From assembly GCF_009914755.1 (NCBI RefSeq), contig NC_060937.1: 64,000 bases of DNA. One strand, given 5' to 3'. Numbering within the stretch: position 1 is the stretch's first letter; each line of letters starts with the position of its first letter. A model generated the notes under the pieces. The model saw only the letters and a program-made list of their open reading frames with translations. It searched no databases and was not told the DNA's origin. Position numbers and translations under genes: made by a program. This document shows positions 1 through 11,782 of the stretch, one piece after another. This DNA is from the human T2T-CHM13v2.0 reference genome, Homo sapiens.

Positions 1-2364
1 GCATACTCAGCTTAGATGACCTTCAATCTGGGGGTCCATGACAACTAAAAAACAATTCACAACTTTGTTACATAAAAGTTGAATAAGATTGGTCTGATGT
101 AGATAACAGTGTGCTCACAGTGACAGTAGGTCAAGGAGAAGGTGAGAAGCACAGAAATTGTGTAAATAGAAAATTCTGAAATACAGCCTGAGGAAAAATG
201 TATAAGCAAGGGTCTTTCCGTGAAATAATTTGTCTTCCTAAACGCACACATCTGAATATCATCGGGAAAAGTAATTATTATAATCCTGTTCTTTTCTATA
301 TTTAAAAAGCACGACACCGTTTAACTGCTCCTTTAGAATGAATCAAAATTTCAGAATTTCCAATGAGGTTTAAAAGTATTGCTTTTATACCTTGGAACAA
401 ATAGAAACCTTAGCAAGGAACATAATATTAAGTATTTTATTTTGCTTAAATTTCTACTACTTAAACCATTTGGAAGTAAATGTATACTCACTAAAACTTT
501 TGCAATGACTATTTCTGAGAATATAACAACAGGAACCACACAAATTGGATTCACTTCGTGTCTTTTTATGCTTTTGCTTAATGAAATAAAAAGGAACCTC
601 TGCTTTATTTATTACAGCTAATACATTTTAAAAGTTACAATCTTCAAATTTGAATGGGATGTTAAATGGTTATGGCGCAAACATGAAGTCAAGAGTTTTG
701 CAATGAAGTGCTATATTGCAGCAACATCCTGCAATATTTTTGCAGGATTAAATAAAAATTGCATTCAGTGGTACAAAAGGCACAAGAACAAATCAAAAGA
801 AATCAGAAAACACTTTGAAATTATTATTGCAATATTGCAAACACTTTGAAATTATACATTTATATAAATGTATACCGTATACATTTTTTAAAATGTTGGC
901 ATCATTGGAAACTAGCTATAATGTTGTTCTTAGTATGCTATTTTAAGTTAGGTATGAGGAACTCAAGCAATTGACTAATGATTTAACTTATTCTTTTTAT
1001 AAGCAGCAAGCACAGTATTAGGTAGTGTGAGCATAAAAATGATTGTCAGCTTTTTTTTCCCTGACAGAATGTTTAAAATTATTAAGAAGAAGACAGAAGA
1101 ATGACTAGAAAAATATAATATGCTGTGCATATTATCACACGTATGAGGTGTAGGTAAGCATAAGTTTATTGAGATTTAACAGATGGAACAGTTGACCACC
1201 ATTAAAAACAGATAAAATTACTACAGTGGAAGAGGCTAGCCCAAATGTAAAAGGAAAGAGACCATTTGGCTAGGTTCAGAAAATAAATTCTATATTAATA
1301 TTTGAACATATTTGACTCTATCTAGCTAAACTACAGCATTGGTCAAAAAAAGGGGGGAGGCTATAAAAATAATCTAGTTAATTTCCAAGTTAACAAACTT
1401 TGGAAAATTACATACACTTCCTGGTAATTTGGTGTGTGACCAGAAGTTTCTATCATAGTATATTTCAATTGCCATTTAGATATTCAAGAAGAGAGGAAAA
1501 ATAACTGCAATAATGTTTAAACAGGATTGAGAGTTAACCTCATGCTGACTTGCAATGGATACCAGTGAAACAGAAATAGGTAAGCCAGCTCTTTGACGTA
1601 GTATAAAAATGAATGAGGCACTTTTCAACACTAACTATTAACTACGAACCTGAATGTAGACCCTTTAAGCAACAAATATTATCTTCTCATTTCAAAAATA
1701 AAATCTTGTACCAAGTTCAAAATGGTTCAGATTTCTTTCTATTGCACAGTGAGTGCTCTTTGGAAAAAACAGAATGTTTCTTTTCATTTCACTGCTTATC
1801 TCATCCCAAACCACTTTTTTTTCTAAATTTGCAACTATCAGCAAACATACTGGTAAGACATGGTGCCACATTGCTTCCCATAAAATATACTTCATATGCA
1901 GAACTGAATGTAAGGCAAAAAATCGGTAGAGATCAGAAAGAAATACAAATCGATGTCTACCATCTGATAATAGGGTCAAATAGCGAAACATTGAGGAAAA
2001 ATAATATTTTCATCACAATTTATCAGAGAACCAAAACATTAAAATTTTGATGTTGGGCCAAGAGTTTTTCATTTAACGCACATATCCAGGATGAACTAAA
2101 GTATTTAAGTCTCATCAAATTGGAAGAGAGAGGGGCCCAAAATAATCTTTATCAAGTTTCCACTAAAACATAGGGTTTGGAATAATTTGTTCTTATCTGA
2201 ACATGAATAAACTCGATAACAATGAGGGAAATAAATGAAACTGTATGAAAATCTCTTTGTTGCCAGAGTTATTTAATACAACAATTAGACAATAATTTTA
2301 GAACTCTATTAGGCATCTTTGATAATTTGCAAGATTCCATGGCTTTTGAGAAAGGGAACTAACA

Positions 2365-2515
2365 TTTTATTTTTGAGACAGGGTCTTGCTCTATCACCCA
2401 GGCTGGAGTACACTGCATAGCTCACTGCAGCCTAGAACTCCTGGGTGCAAGTGAGCCTCCTGCCTCAGCCTTCAAGTTGCTGGAACTACACGTGCGCACC
2501 ACCACACCTGGCTAA
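2365..2515 (-). mobile_element. Old Alu monomer (FRAM / AluJ right arm)
   Basis: ttttgagacagggtcttgctct...gctcactgcagcc...cacctggctaa; diverged flanks gaactaacattt / gaattaaccattt. Confidence 0.85.
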
Positions 2516-2599
2516 GAATTAACCATTTAAAGAGAATATACAGTAAGGTAAGGAGCCAAGATAAGTGAAAATTGGAAATGGTAAACAGAAAGCACCAAT

Positions 2600-3240
2600 T
2601 ACCTAAAAAGTCCAACAGCAAAATTTAAAAAACATGATATAAGTTGTAAAATTAATACTGATAGATAAAATATGAATCAGGAACATGCAGAAGAGATCTC
2701 TCTAAATGCAAGTAGAAAATCTTTTTGAAAAGAAGGAGGGATGAGGTGATATATACGTAAAAAAGCAGAACTCTAACATAAGAACGCAGGCACTTTGGAA
2801 AAATGAGTAAGTGTAATCACAATGAAAGCTATAAACCAAATATTTCCAAGATGATTAAGGAGCCACGTTTTAAAGAAGCAATTATTACTATATTTCCCCA
2901 AAAAAAGCAATTGAGATCTTTAGAGGGCCTGGAAATATATCACATATACATTTTTACATAGTTGGATAAAATATCATAATATGTCAAGTAAAATTTTTTT
3001 TTTTATCAAATAACAAGTACTGGATTGCTGATTTCTCAACAATATTTATATAAGAATGTAGGGAATATTTATATAAGAATGTTATCAGATCTTTAAATAA
3101 CAAAGTTTATGACACACGAAATTAACATCCAGCCAAATTCTCTTTCATAAATGGAGGCCACGAAAATGTCTTTATAAATGCAAGAACCTAGAAAATCTAA
3201 CATTTACATATGGTATCATATGGTATTTGAAGAAAATGGA
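2600..3240 (+). mobile_element. Highly degenerate L1M/HAL1 ORF1-like relic
   Basis: A-rich with ORF1-type motifs (gctgatttctcaacaa, atccagccaaattctctttcataaatggagg, atgcaagaacctagaaaat); boundaries approximate. Confidence 0.45.
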
Positions 3241-4798
3241 GAGTATGATAAAGGCAAACGGGTTATAAACTGTGAGTACTAACTCAGGATTGAGAAATGG
3301 ACTATAACTGGGCAAGGGGACATGGAATTTGGTCAAAGTATATTTGTAAATTGGAAGTAAAATTAGCTTAAATAATAAAACATAACTAACACATAAATAA
3401 TACTAAAATCGACAGTAAGGGCATAATTGTCAGCCTCAGTTTTTGTTTTTAAAATGTGAGAAAAGCATAGGACAAAAAGATGTGAAGGTGATTGTGCAGA
3501 TGAAGTGCTCAAAACTATTCTCTCATTTTTTTCTCTCAATAATATGATGTAAATAAGTAGCGAGGTGAATTCTTGAAAACTCCTCAGTGATGCAACTTAA
3601 ATAAGCAGGTATATCTACCCAAAACACTGAATATAGGAACATGGGTTATTTCACTGTATATTTCTTGCCTGGATTAGTATAATGTTTAAAGAGATCACAC
3701 TTATGTGTCAGGAGCCTTTATGATAGTTCTTTGATCTCCAAAGCTTTAAGGTTGAAAAGATTTGGAAGCTGTTGTCAGTAATGGCAGAGAAAAAGCTGCC
3801 ATCGTATTTGATATCCCTTTGATATTTGGCCTCTTTTTAGTTGTATGGATTCAGAAATCTTTTAGGGTCATGCAGTGATATACAGTGGACAATACTTTTG
3901 TCTTAAAATCTAGATAAAAAGTATATTTTTAAAATTTATTATTGAATATCTTTAGTCCCAAATTATAAAAACCTAATATTATTTAAAATATAGTTTTTCT
4001 TGTATGCCTTGGTCTTTTAATGAGTATAGATGAAATAAAATAGTTCTCTGTCACAATTCCAGTTTTGTTATAATTCCAGACAAAAAGACTGGAGTACATA
4101 ATTTTTGCTGAGTAAATTATGTAATATAAATAAAACATAACAACAATGTACTAATGAAGTATCAATGGCTAAGCAAATGTTTCTCCCTTAGTTTTATTTA
4201 TCTAATTCATTTAGAACTAATCAAAGTTGAATTAGAAGGCAAGATGAAATAAAGATTTTAAATTAATTTATCAGAATCATTACTAAAATGATCATTTCTT
4301 TGGATAAATTAATTAAATAGAGAAATAGAAAAGTAAATGAGGTGAAGGAAAGTTTATCTGAAAGGTATTCTTTAATAATTTTATTTTTAGAAAGACTTGT
4401 TTTCTCCAAGAAATAATCTAACCTATTTACAATTTCTAGGTAAAGCATTATTTACTAGACTTAGTCTTAATAAGCACTAAGGCTTCAAGCTTCAAAAGAC
4501 AGAAAAATGGAATTTATGTCTTTGCCCTTAATAAATTGGAATGTCAGGAAAGAGGACAACATTCTATGCATTCCAACAAGAAAAAGACAACTCTTTGTTG
4601 AGAAGTATCATTTGCATAAAATGTAGTATCTGAATTTTCTTCTAAGTTCTTCTCAAAAATCAAACATATAACTCTGTGTCAATTTACTTTTCATTTTCTA
4701 ATTTCCTTTATACATTCTTTCCACAAAAATTTGCTTACAACCCCCAACCAATTCAATATTTTCACTATTCTCATTGTCAATCAGATTATAAAAATCTC

Positions 4799-6042
4799 TT
4801 TTTTTTCACATCAGAAACAAGTGAACATTTATTTAGGTGCCTTTTTTCCTATGTGTATTTCAAATCTTTTTCAAAACAAGGCACCAGGAATCTCCAGATT
4901 GAATTATGTCCCTGGGCTAGATCAACTGCTGCTGGAGTCTTAGGGAGCCTTGTACAAATGCTAGAGTTACTCATTTACCAACATTAAATACTAGGAGACA
5001 AGATGCAACAAAGCCAGACTCCTTCCTCCGTGGAATGTGCTGATTTCAGAGGAGGCAGCAGCCAATGTAGAAAACACTGGAATTTTTCCTTGGAACTGGA
5101 CTGCGATGAGAGGTGCTTGCCATGAAAATGACCTACTGTCTTTTCTTTGATCCTTCCTTTCTAGTTTTTGAAGACTAAAGCAGGAAATAATCTTCTCTGA
5201 AGATACTTGATAAAAATTCCCAAAAAAGCAAAAACACATGCTTCCACTTCACTGATAAAAATGTACTGCAGTTTGGCACCTGGGTCTAGTTCAGCTGGTG
5301 GATGAGCTGATTGGTGCGTTTACCCTGATGGCCAAGTGAGTCCATCTCCTTGAGGAAGTCCACTGTATTTTTGGTAGCATGACAGGCCACTGAGAGGTGG
5401 AAAGGGTGCAAGAACCATGAGATCTCCTGGAAATGCTTCTCTGGGAAGGCAATTTCATGAATGAGGTTTTCCAAGCAAATGACACCAAACTTCCCCAAGT
5501 GCTCCTCAATCACTGTGTTGTCTGTTAGAGGAATGGTCTTATTCTTGACCTTGGCTTGTCCCTGTTTCAAAATGAGTTCCCGGACAGATTTCAGATTTGG
5601 AAATCCTCAGGTCACATAAGTTTCCACTAAAAGCAGCATTTTTAGGTTCCGGTGGGTGACATTTACAAAGACACCACTAAAACTTTTCCTTAGGTGAAGT
5701 CTTGCAATGGTTTTCCGCACCAGTAAACTCACGCCATCAATTCTTTTGATGCCTACAACAAAAGCCAAAGAATGTTTATCTGGCAATTCCAAGGTATGAA
5801 CTTTCACTTCTAGTCATCTGAGACGCACCTTGTCACGTTTCTGCTGTCAGAAATCATGTAGGAATGATTCCAATTGCTTAAACCTGAAGCCTTTTCCTTT
5901 CCTCTGCTCCTTTGCCAAAAGTGCCTGCTTTGCCTGGGTGGCTTTGAGGGCTTGATAAGCCTCCCTCTTTTTCAGGAGATTTTCTGGAACCAAAGGGATT
6001 TTTCTTTGCTCTTGTTCTGCCATCTTTCTAGTGTTGCAGCTC
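4799..6042 (-). pseudogene. RPL7L1P: Processed (retro)pseudogene of ribosomal protein L7-like 1
   Basis: Minus-strand ORF pieces read [20 protein letters not shown]..., [13 protein letters not shown]..., [33 protein letters not shown]...NQLIHQLN*, matching RPL7L1. Intronless CDS remnant 6023-5286 (738 nt) in one frame with TGA stops at 5847-5849, 5814-5816 and 5607-5609. AATAAA (tttatt 4828-4833), poly(A) remnant 4799-4806, TSD AAAAATCTC at 4790-4798 and 6043-6051. Confidence 0.96.
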
Positions 6043-6079
6043 AAAAATCTCACACATTATAACTGACTACACATTTTAA

Positions 6080-7195
6080 AAACTGCATTATATAATATGT
6101 ATACAAAAGAATATAATAGATATGTATACCGTAAAATGTAGTAATAAAATGAACAACTACGAAGCCACCACTCAGCCTAAGAAATATATTATCAAAATCC
6201 TGGCATTTACTTTTGTTTTGCTGTCCATTAAATTCTTCTATCTAATCCAACAGGCGGTCACAATATGTTATTAAATTTTGTATTTGTCATTACCTTTCCA
6301 TGCAATACAATGTTTAGTGTAGGTTATTTTTTAAACTTCATATAAACATTTTAGTATTTATGCTAATTGCTTCTTCATGCAACACTAAATATAGTACGTG
6401 TCCAAGTTTTAGTGTTTTGCTATAATTCATTTGTTTTTTAAGCAATAAAAATTATATTGTCTGAATATTTCACATTTTATTCATCCATCTTCCTCTTGAT
6501 AGACATGTAACATGTTTCTTCTCAGATTCTGCTCCCGTCAATAATATCACTCTGAATACTCATGTACAGGTCTCCTGTTCTATACACACATGGTTTCTCT
6601 AACATATATCCCTAGGAGAGAAAATACCTGTACAAGGTCATGCCACATTGTTTTTAAATTTTTAAAGAATACATACTCTTCAACCCTATCTTCTATAATG
6701 CGTATTTTTCTCAGATTTTTTTTTACGTGTGTATTGCAGCTTATTAAAAGAAACTGTAGGCAGGAAGAAATTGGAAGAGTCTCCTGGTCTGTGTAGGTCC
6801 CCCAAACAGAAAACTGGAGACTGTTACATCAATGCATGGATTATATTTAATTCAATGAGTTTCTACTACTGTCTGTATCTATGCAATATCACCCAAAACA
6901 AGATGTAGATAGAACATTTCCATCACCTCAGAAAGTCTGCTTGTGCCCCATTGAAGTTGACCCTTCTTTCTACCCACTGCAACTTTCTGATTTTTAATCG
7001 CTTAGAGTAATTTTGCCAAAAATTGCCCTTTATATAAAGTATATATGAACTCATGAAGTTTACGTTATTTAGTATCTGGCTTCTTTTAACTTATTCTTTG
7101 ACTTTTATCTATCGTTACATCAATTAGTAGTTCCTTCCTTTTTTATTGCTAAGTATTATTTCACCAAATAAATATGACAAAATATTTTAACAGAT
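6080..7195 (-). mobile_element. Old L1M/L1ME 3' fragments
   Basis: ccaccactcagcctaagaaata, tcatccatcttcctcttgatagacat, atagaacatttccatcacctcagaaagt, gttccttcctttttattgctaagtattatt. Confidence 0.6.
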
Positions 7196-7226
7196 GCAGA
7201 AGGATTATTGCTGTAAGTTAATTAAT

Positions 7227-7362
7227 GTAATGTCCCAGCTACTTGTGATGTTGAGGTGGGAGGATCATTTGCGCCCAAGAGGTCAAGCCTGCGGGGGGCA
7301 GTTGTACCACTGCACTTCAGTCTGGGTTACAGAGCAAGACACTGTCTCATAAATAATAAAAA
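7227..7362 (+). mobile_element. Diverged Alu right-arm fragment (FRAM/AluJ)
   Basis: tcccagctacttg...gaggtgggaggatca...ccactgcacttcagtctgggttacagagcaagacactgtctc followed by an A-rich tail. Confidence 0.85.
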
Positions 7363-8046
7363 GACATTATAAGAGCTCATATTATATAGATGTTCAACAA
7401 ATTTGTGTTGTTACTTCGAACATTTTAATCAAAATAAGTGGTCCACATTTAGTAGTACCAAGGTAATATGTGGAGACTGATAGTTTTAGTTAATTTTAAG
7501 ATGAGAAATTATCTTCATTCATTGATTTTTTAAAAGTATCTGTTATGGTTTAGGTGATGAGAAAATGTACATAAACAATAAATAAGAATCTTATTAATTT
7601 TACAGTACTTGAATTTGAAGTATGGTTTTGCTAAAAATAAAAATAAACTCTTGATGCTCTGTTGATGAGAATTGTTTAATTCTCATCTCTTTTATATATT
7701 CTTAAGGATATATTGAAGGCTCATCTACATAAATTAAGAACATTTAACTTGCTCTGGAATCATTGTGAAAATAAATGTCTTCGATTTCCTAATAGCTATA
7801 TAACTCACAAAAATAAGAGTAAGTAAATTTTAAATAAATTTGTATCTATAAATTGATTTATGTTTGTACTGTCTTAGGACACAACAATATTTCATAAATC
7901 AAATATCAATGATAAAAATATGTATTCCATATTAAAGCTTTAAAAGTAAGGTGCTGCATTGAGATTACTTTCTACACATACCCCCTTCAAAGATGTTTAA
8001 TAATATTTCACACTTAAATGAAGACATACAAATGATACAGTTAACA

Positions 8047-8086
8047 CTCTCTCTTTCTCTCTCTCTCTCACACACACACACACACT
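8047..8086. repeat. (CT)n(CA)n compound microsatellite
   Basis: ctctctctttctctctctctcacacacacacacacactca. Confidence 0.9.
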
Positions 8087-8379
8087 CATGTATATACATG
8101 TTCTTTTTAAAATTCAGAATAAAAATAACAAATAAATCTTTGAGGGGAAAAAAGAAAAAAAGGCTCTTTATATGCCAAATTACTGAGAAAATATTCAGCT
8201 ATTTTTTTTACTCTTTTTTTCTTTTATGTAGTGAACCTCAGGTGTAAACTTCTGGCAGCATTTTGATCAGATTTAGAAAATAGTTGAAAGAGGAAGAACA
8301 AAGGGAGATGATATAAATGGCAGAAAACTTAAGGCATCTTTGGATGAAAAAATAACCTGAATCAAGAAAATGTAATTTT

Positions 8380-9620
8380 TGATGGTGATTACACTTCGAA
8401 GAAAATAAAGTGGATTGAGGAGCCAGATATGACTGGGCAGGAAATTAGATAGGATAGACAAGATGACCTCTCTAAAGGGGGCTATTGAGCTGATACTTGA
8501 ATGATAAAAAGGAGCAGGCTATCAGAAGTTACGAATCAAGTGTCTTTCAGAAAGAGGAAAACAAAAAATAATGGAAATAGGGATAACCCATTAGAGAAAA
8601 TGTGAGAAGGCTTACATGGTTGGAACAAAATGAGTAAGGGTAAGTTTCAGAAGAAGAGAATAAAGACAGGGAACTATAAGGTGGGATGAGATAAAGAGTT
8701 TATACCTTATTTTGAGTAATGGGAAATAATTATTGGGTTTTATGCTGGATAATATTTGTAATCTGAATTAGAATGTGAAGATTACTGCAGCTGTCTCACA
8801 GGTCATCAATAGTTCTGGGAACAGGAGAATGTTTTGGGAACTGTTAGCAGGTTACTGGAAAGTTTATGTAAAAGATGTTACATACTTTAAGTAGGATCCA
8901 GGCAGTAGTGTTTTAAGAAACAGTCCAGTTTGGATACTTTCTGAAAGAATAAATAGCAAGATTACATAAGGATACAATGACTGGAAGAATCAAGGAGAAA
9001 GCCTAGTGTTTTGGTCTAAGAGACTGGGTAAATTGAAATAGTATTAACTATGATGTATAAAACGGACAAAAGCAATTTGTGAGTGGATAAACATCAGAAT
9101 TTAATATTCAAAATTCAAGACCAAATACTGGAATTAATAAATTCATGTCAGTGCTGAAACTTTGTCAAGTTATGCTACTGACATGAAGTAATGATACAGT
9201 ATATCTGAGGAGAAAAAAATAAATAAATTCACCTATTGGGAAAGTGTTGTTGGAGGAGAGAAAAATGACAAGAACTGAAAACATTTGTTCTCCGTCACTT
9301 CGTGGTCTGGAGTAGACAGAAGAGCAAAGGTACAAAGAGTCAGCAGCTGGTGAGCCTTGAGGGATACTAAGAGAGTGCAGTAACATGGAAACCAATGCCA
9401 GTGTTTCTAGAATAAGAGTGTTAACTGTGTGAATGCTGGTGGGAAAGTTGAATATGGGTAATAGACTTGAATAGATAATATGGTGCACATTGGTGACCCT
9501 ATAATGTTTCAGAGGTGTAGTGACAAGGATGAACGGAGGAGATTGAAGAGAATGTGCAGTGGATGAATGCGGAAATTGTATCTGAGTCCTTCAAAAAAAA
9601 ATTTATTCTAAAGGGGGACA
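8380..9620 (-). mobile_element. L2 LINE relic
   Basis: Purine-rich antisense L2 motifs (ttgagctgatacttgaatgataaaaaggagc, tctgaattagaatgtgaagattactgcagctg, ttggtgaccct); boundaries approximate. Confidence 0.7.
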
Positions 9621-10437
9621 ACATTTATTTGGTAGTAGTCAGAGAAGTATGATGTTCAAGAATATGGGACCCATTATAGCAAGTGATATGCAAATAGTAA
9701 TGTGTTTCCAGATGATTTTTCTAGTCAAAAACAAGGTGGGAAAGAACTTTCTAGTTCACAAAGTAATTAATGTAATTAATAGATTCTTATTATAATAAAA
9801 TACATTTAAAAATGTCAGCATTCCAAGAGACAGTATTTTCAACAAATTTATTTTTATGTTTTTATTTTTAACAATAATAGTTAACATTTATAAAGTAACT
9901 GCATTATTTTCTTATATTTTGGCTGATGAGGTTCTTTGAATTTTTCAAGTCTATTAATTGAAGACTTCCCCTCAACTCCCTCCCCATATTCTAGGAAGGA
10001 TAGATAAGTATAGGGATGTACATAGTTCATTGTTATTACATCACGTCCTGGTCTGACCAACTATTTCCTTTAAAGTACTGCTAAAACTTGTCTACATTTT
10101 ATAATTAAGGTGAATGTCAGTAATTTCATCAAATTACAACCTTTTGTTATTATATTATAGTGAGATGTGCGATTTCTGTATCCTCTAATAGAAATATTTC
10201 TAATAGCAAACATTTCTCTTTTTATAGAGTCAGAATCAAGATTTGTTTCCTCCACTTTGTTGAAACTTAAGCAAATATCTCTTGAATAATTGAATTGGCC
10301 CAAACTTTGTGGAATTTTGCCTACTTCATAATTGTTTATGAAATACATCTACTTTCTACTAGAGGAAGCAAAGAGTGTCACATAATAATGACTAGAAAGA
10401 CCTGTATCATGTAAGGCAGAAATTTTCTTACTTCCCA

Positions 10438-10584
10438 TGTGTTTTGGTCTGTTTTATGTTGCTATAAAGGAATACCTGTGGCTGGGTGATTTATAAAGAA
10501 AAAGGTTTATTTGGCTCACATCTCTAATAATCTATAAAATTGAATATTGACCATCTGCATCTGGTGAGAGCCTCAGGCTGCTTC
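10438..10584 (-). mobile_element. MST (MaLR) LTR fragment
   Basis: tgtgttttggtctgttttatgttgctataaaggaatacctgtggctgggtgatttataaagaa...catctggtgagagcctcaggctgcttc; ends abruptly. Confidence 0.85.
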
Positions 10585-10910
10585 TATTACAGGAGTTATT
10601 AAGAAGCAATTTTTAGGCAGCTAGAAAGGGTGAAAGTTCCCAGTGGAACTTTCCTTTAAAAAAAAAGCAACTCCCAATCCATGTCTTTTCTATCAGAAAG
10701 GGGCTTGAATAACCAGACCTGAAAGCACTGATATGCAAATACTGGTAGCTAGAAACCAGGTCCACCCAATATGGTGGCTCCCGCCCTCTTTCCCTTGTCA
10801 CCAGGTGTGCCAGGTGTCATGCCAGCCTCCAGAAAAAACTACATGTGTGGGATGGCCAGTCTTTTTGCAGGCTATGTAAAAGGCACACCTGGTCAAACCA
10901 ATCAGCTGGG
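10585..10910 (+). mobile_element. ERV1 LTR 5' part (LTR9/MER61-like)
   Basis: Starts tattacaggagttattaagaagcaatttttaggcagctag; has ATGCAAAT (10733-10740) and ggtcaaaccaatc; 3' part missing. Confidence 0.65.
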
Positions 10911-11414
10911 CCTATTTCTCCACATACTCTCCAGCATACTCTCCAGCATCTGTTGCTTCCTGACTTTTTAATGATCACCATTCTAAATGGCATGAGATGG
11001 TATCTCATTGTGGTTTTGATTTGCACTTCTCTAATGACCAGTGATGATGAGCTTTTTATCATATGTTTGTTGGCTGCATAAATGTCTTCTTTTGAGAAGT
11101 GTCTGTTCACTTCTTTTGAGAAGTGTCTGTTGCCAACTTTTTGATGGGGTGGTTTGTTTTTTTCCTGTAAATTTGTTGAAGTTTCTTGTAGATTCTGGAT
11201 ATTGGCCTTTTGTCAGATGGATAGATTGCAAAAATTTTCTCCCATTCTGTAGGTTGCCTGTTCACTCTGATGATAGTTTCTTTTGCTGTGCAGAAGCTCA
11301 TTAGTTTTAATTAGATCCCATTTGTCACTTTTGGCTTCTGTTGCCATTGCTTTTGGTATTTTAGTCATGAAGTCTTTGTCCAAGCCTATGTGCTGAATTG
11401 TATTGTCTAGGTTT

Positions 11415-11416
<2 letters not shown>
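10911..11416 (-). mobile_element. L1PA (approx. L1PA7-8) ORF2 3' fragment
   Basis: Translates to L1 ORF2p C-terminal peptides ([56 protein letters not shown]). Confidence 0.95.

Positions 11417-11782
<366 letters not shown>

Noticed and set aside
1613-2050. 145-aa + strand ORF
   Set aside because: No recognisable domain, composition typical of AT-rich non-coding DNA, no exon context
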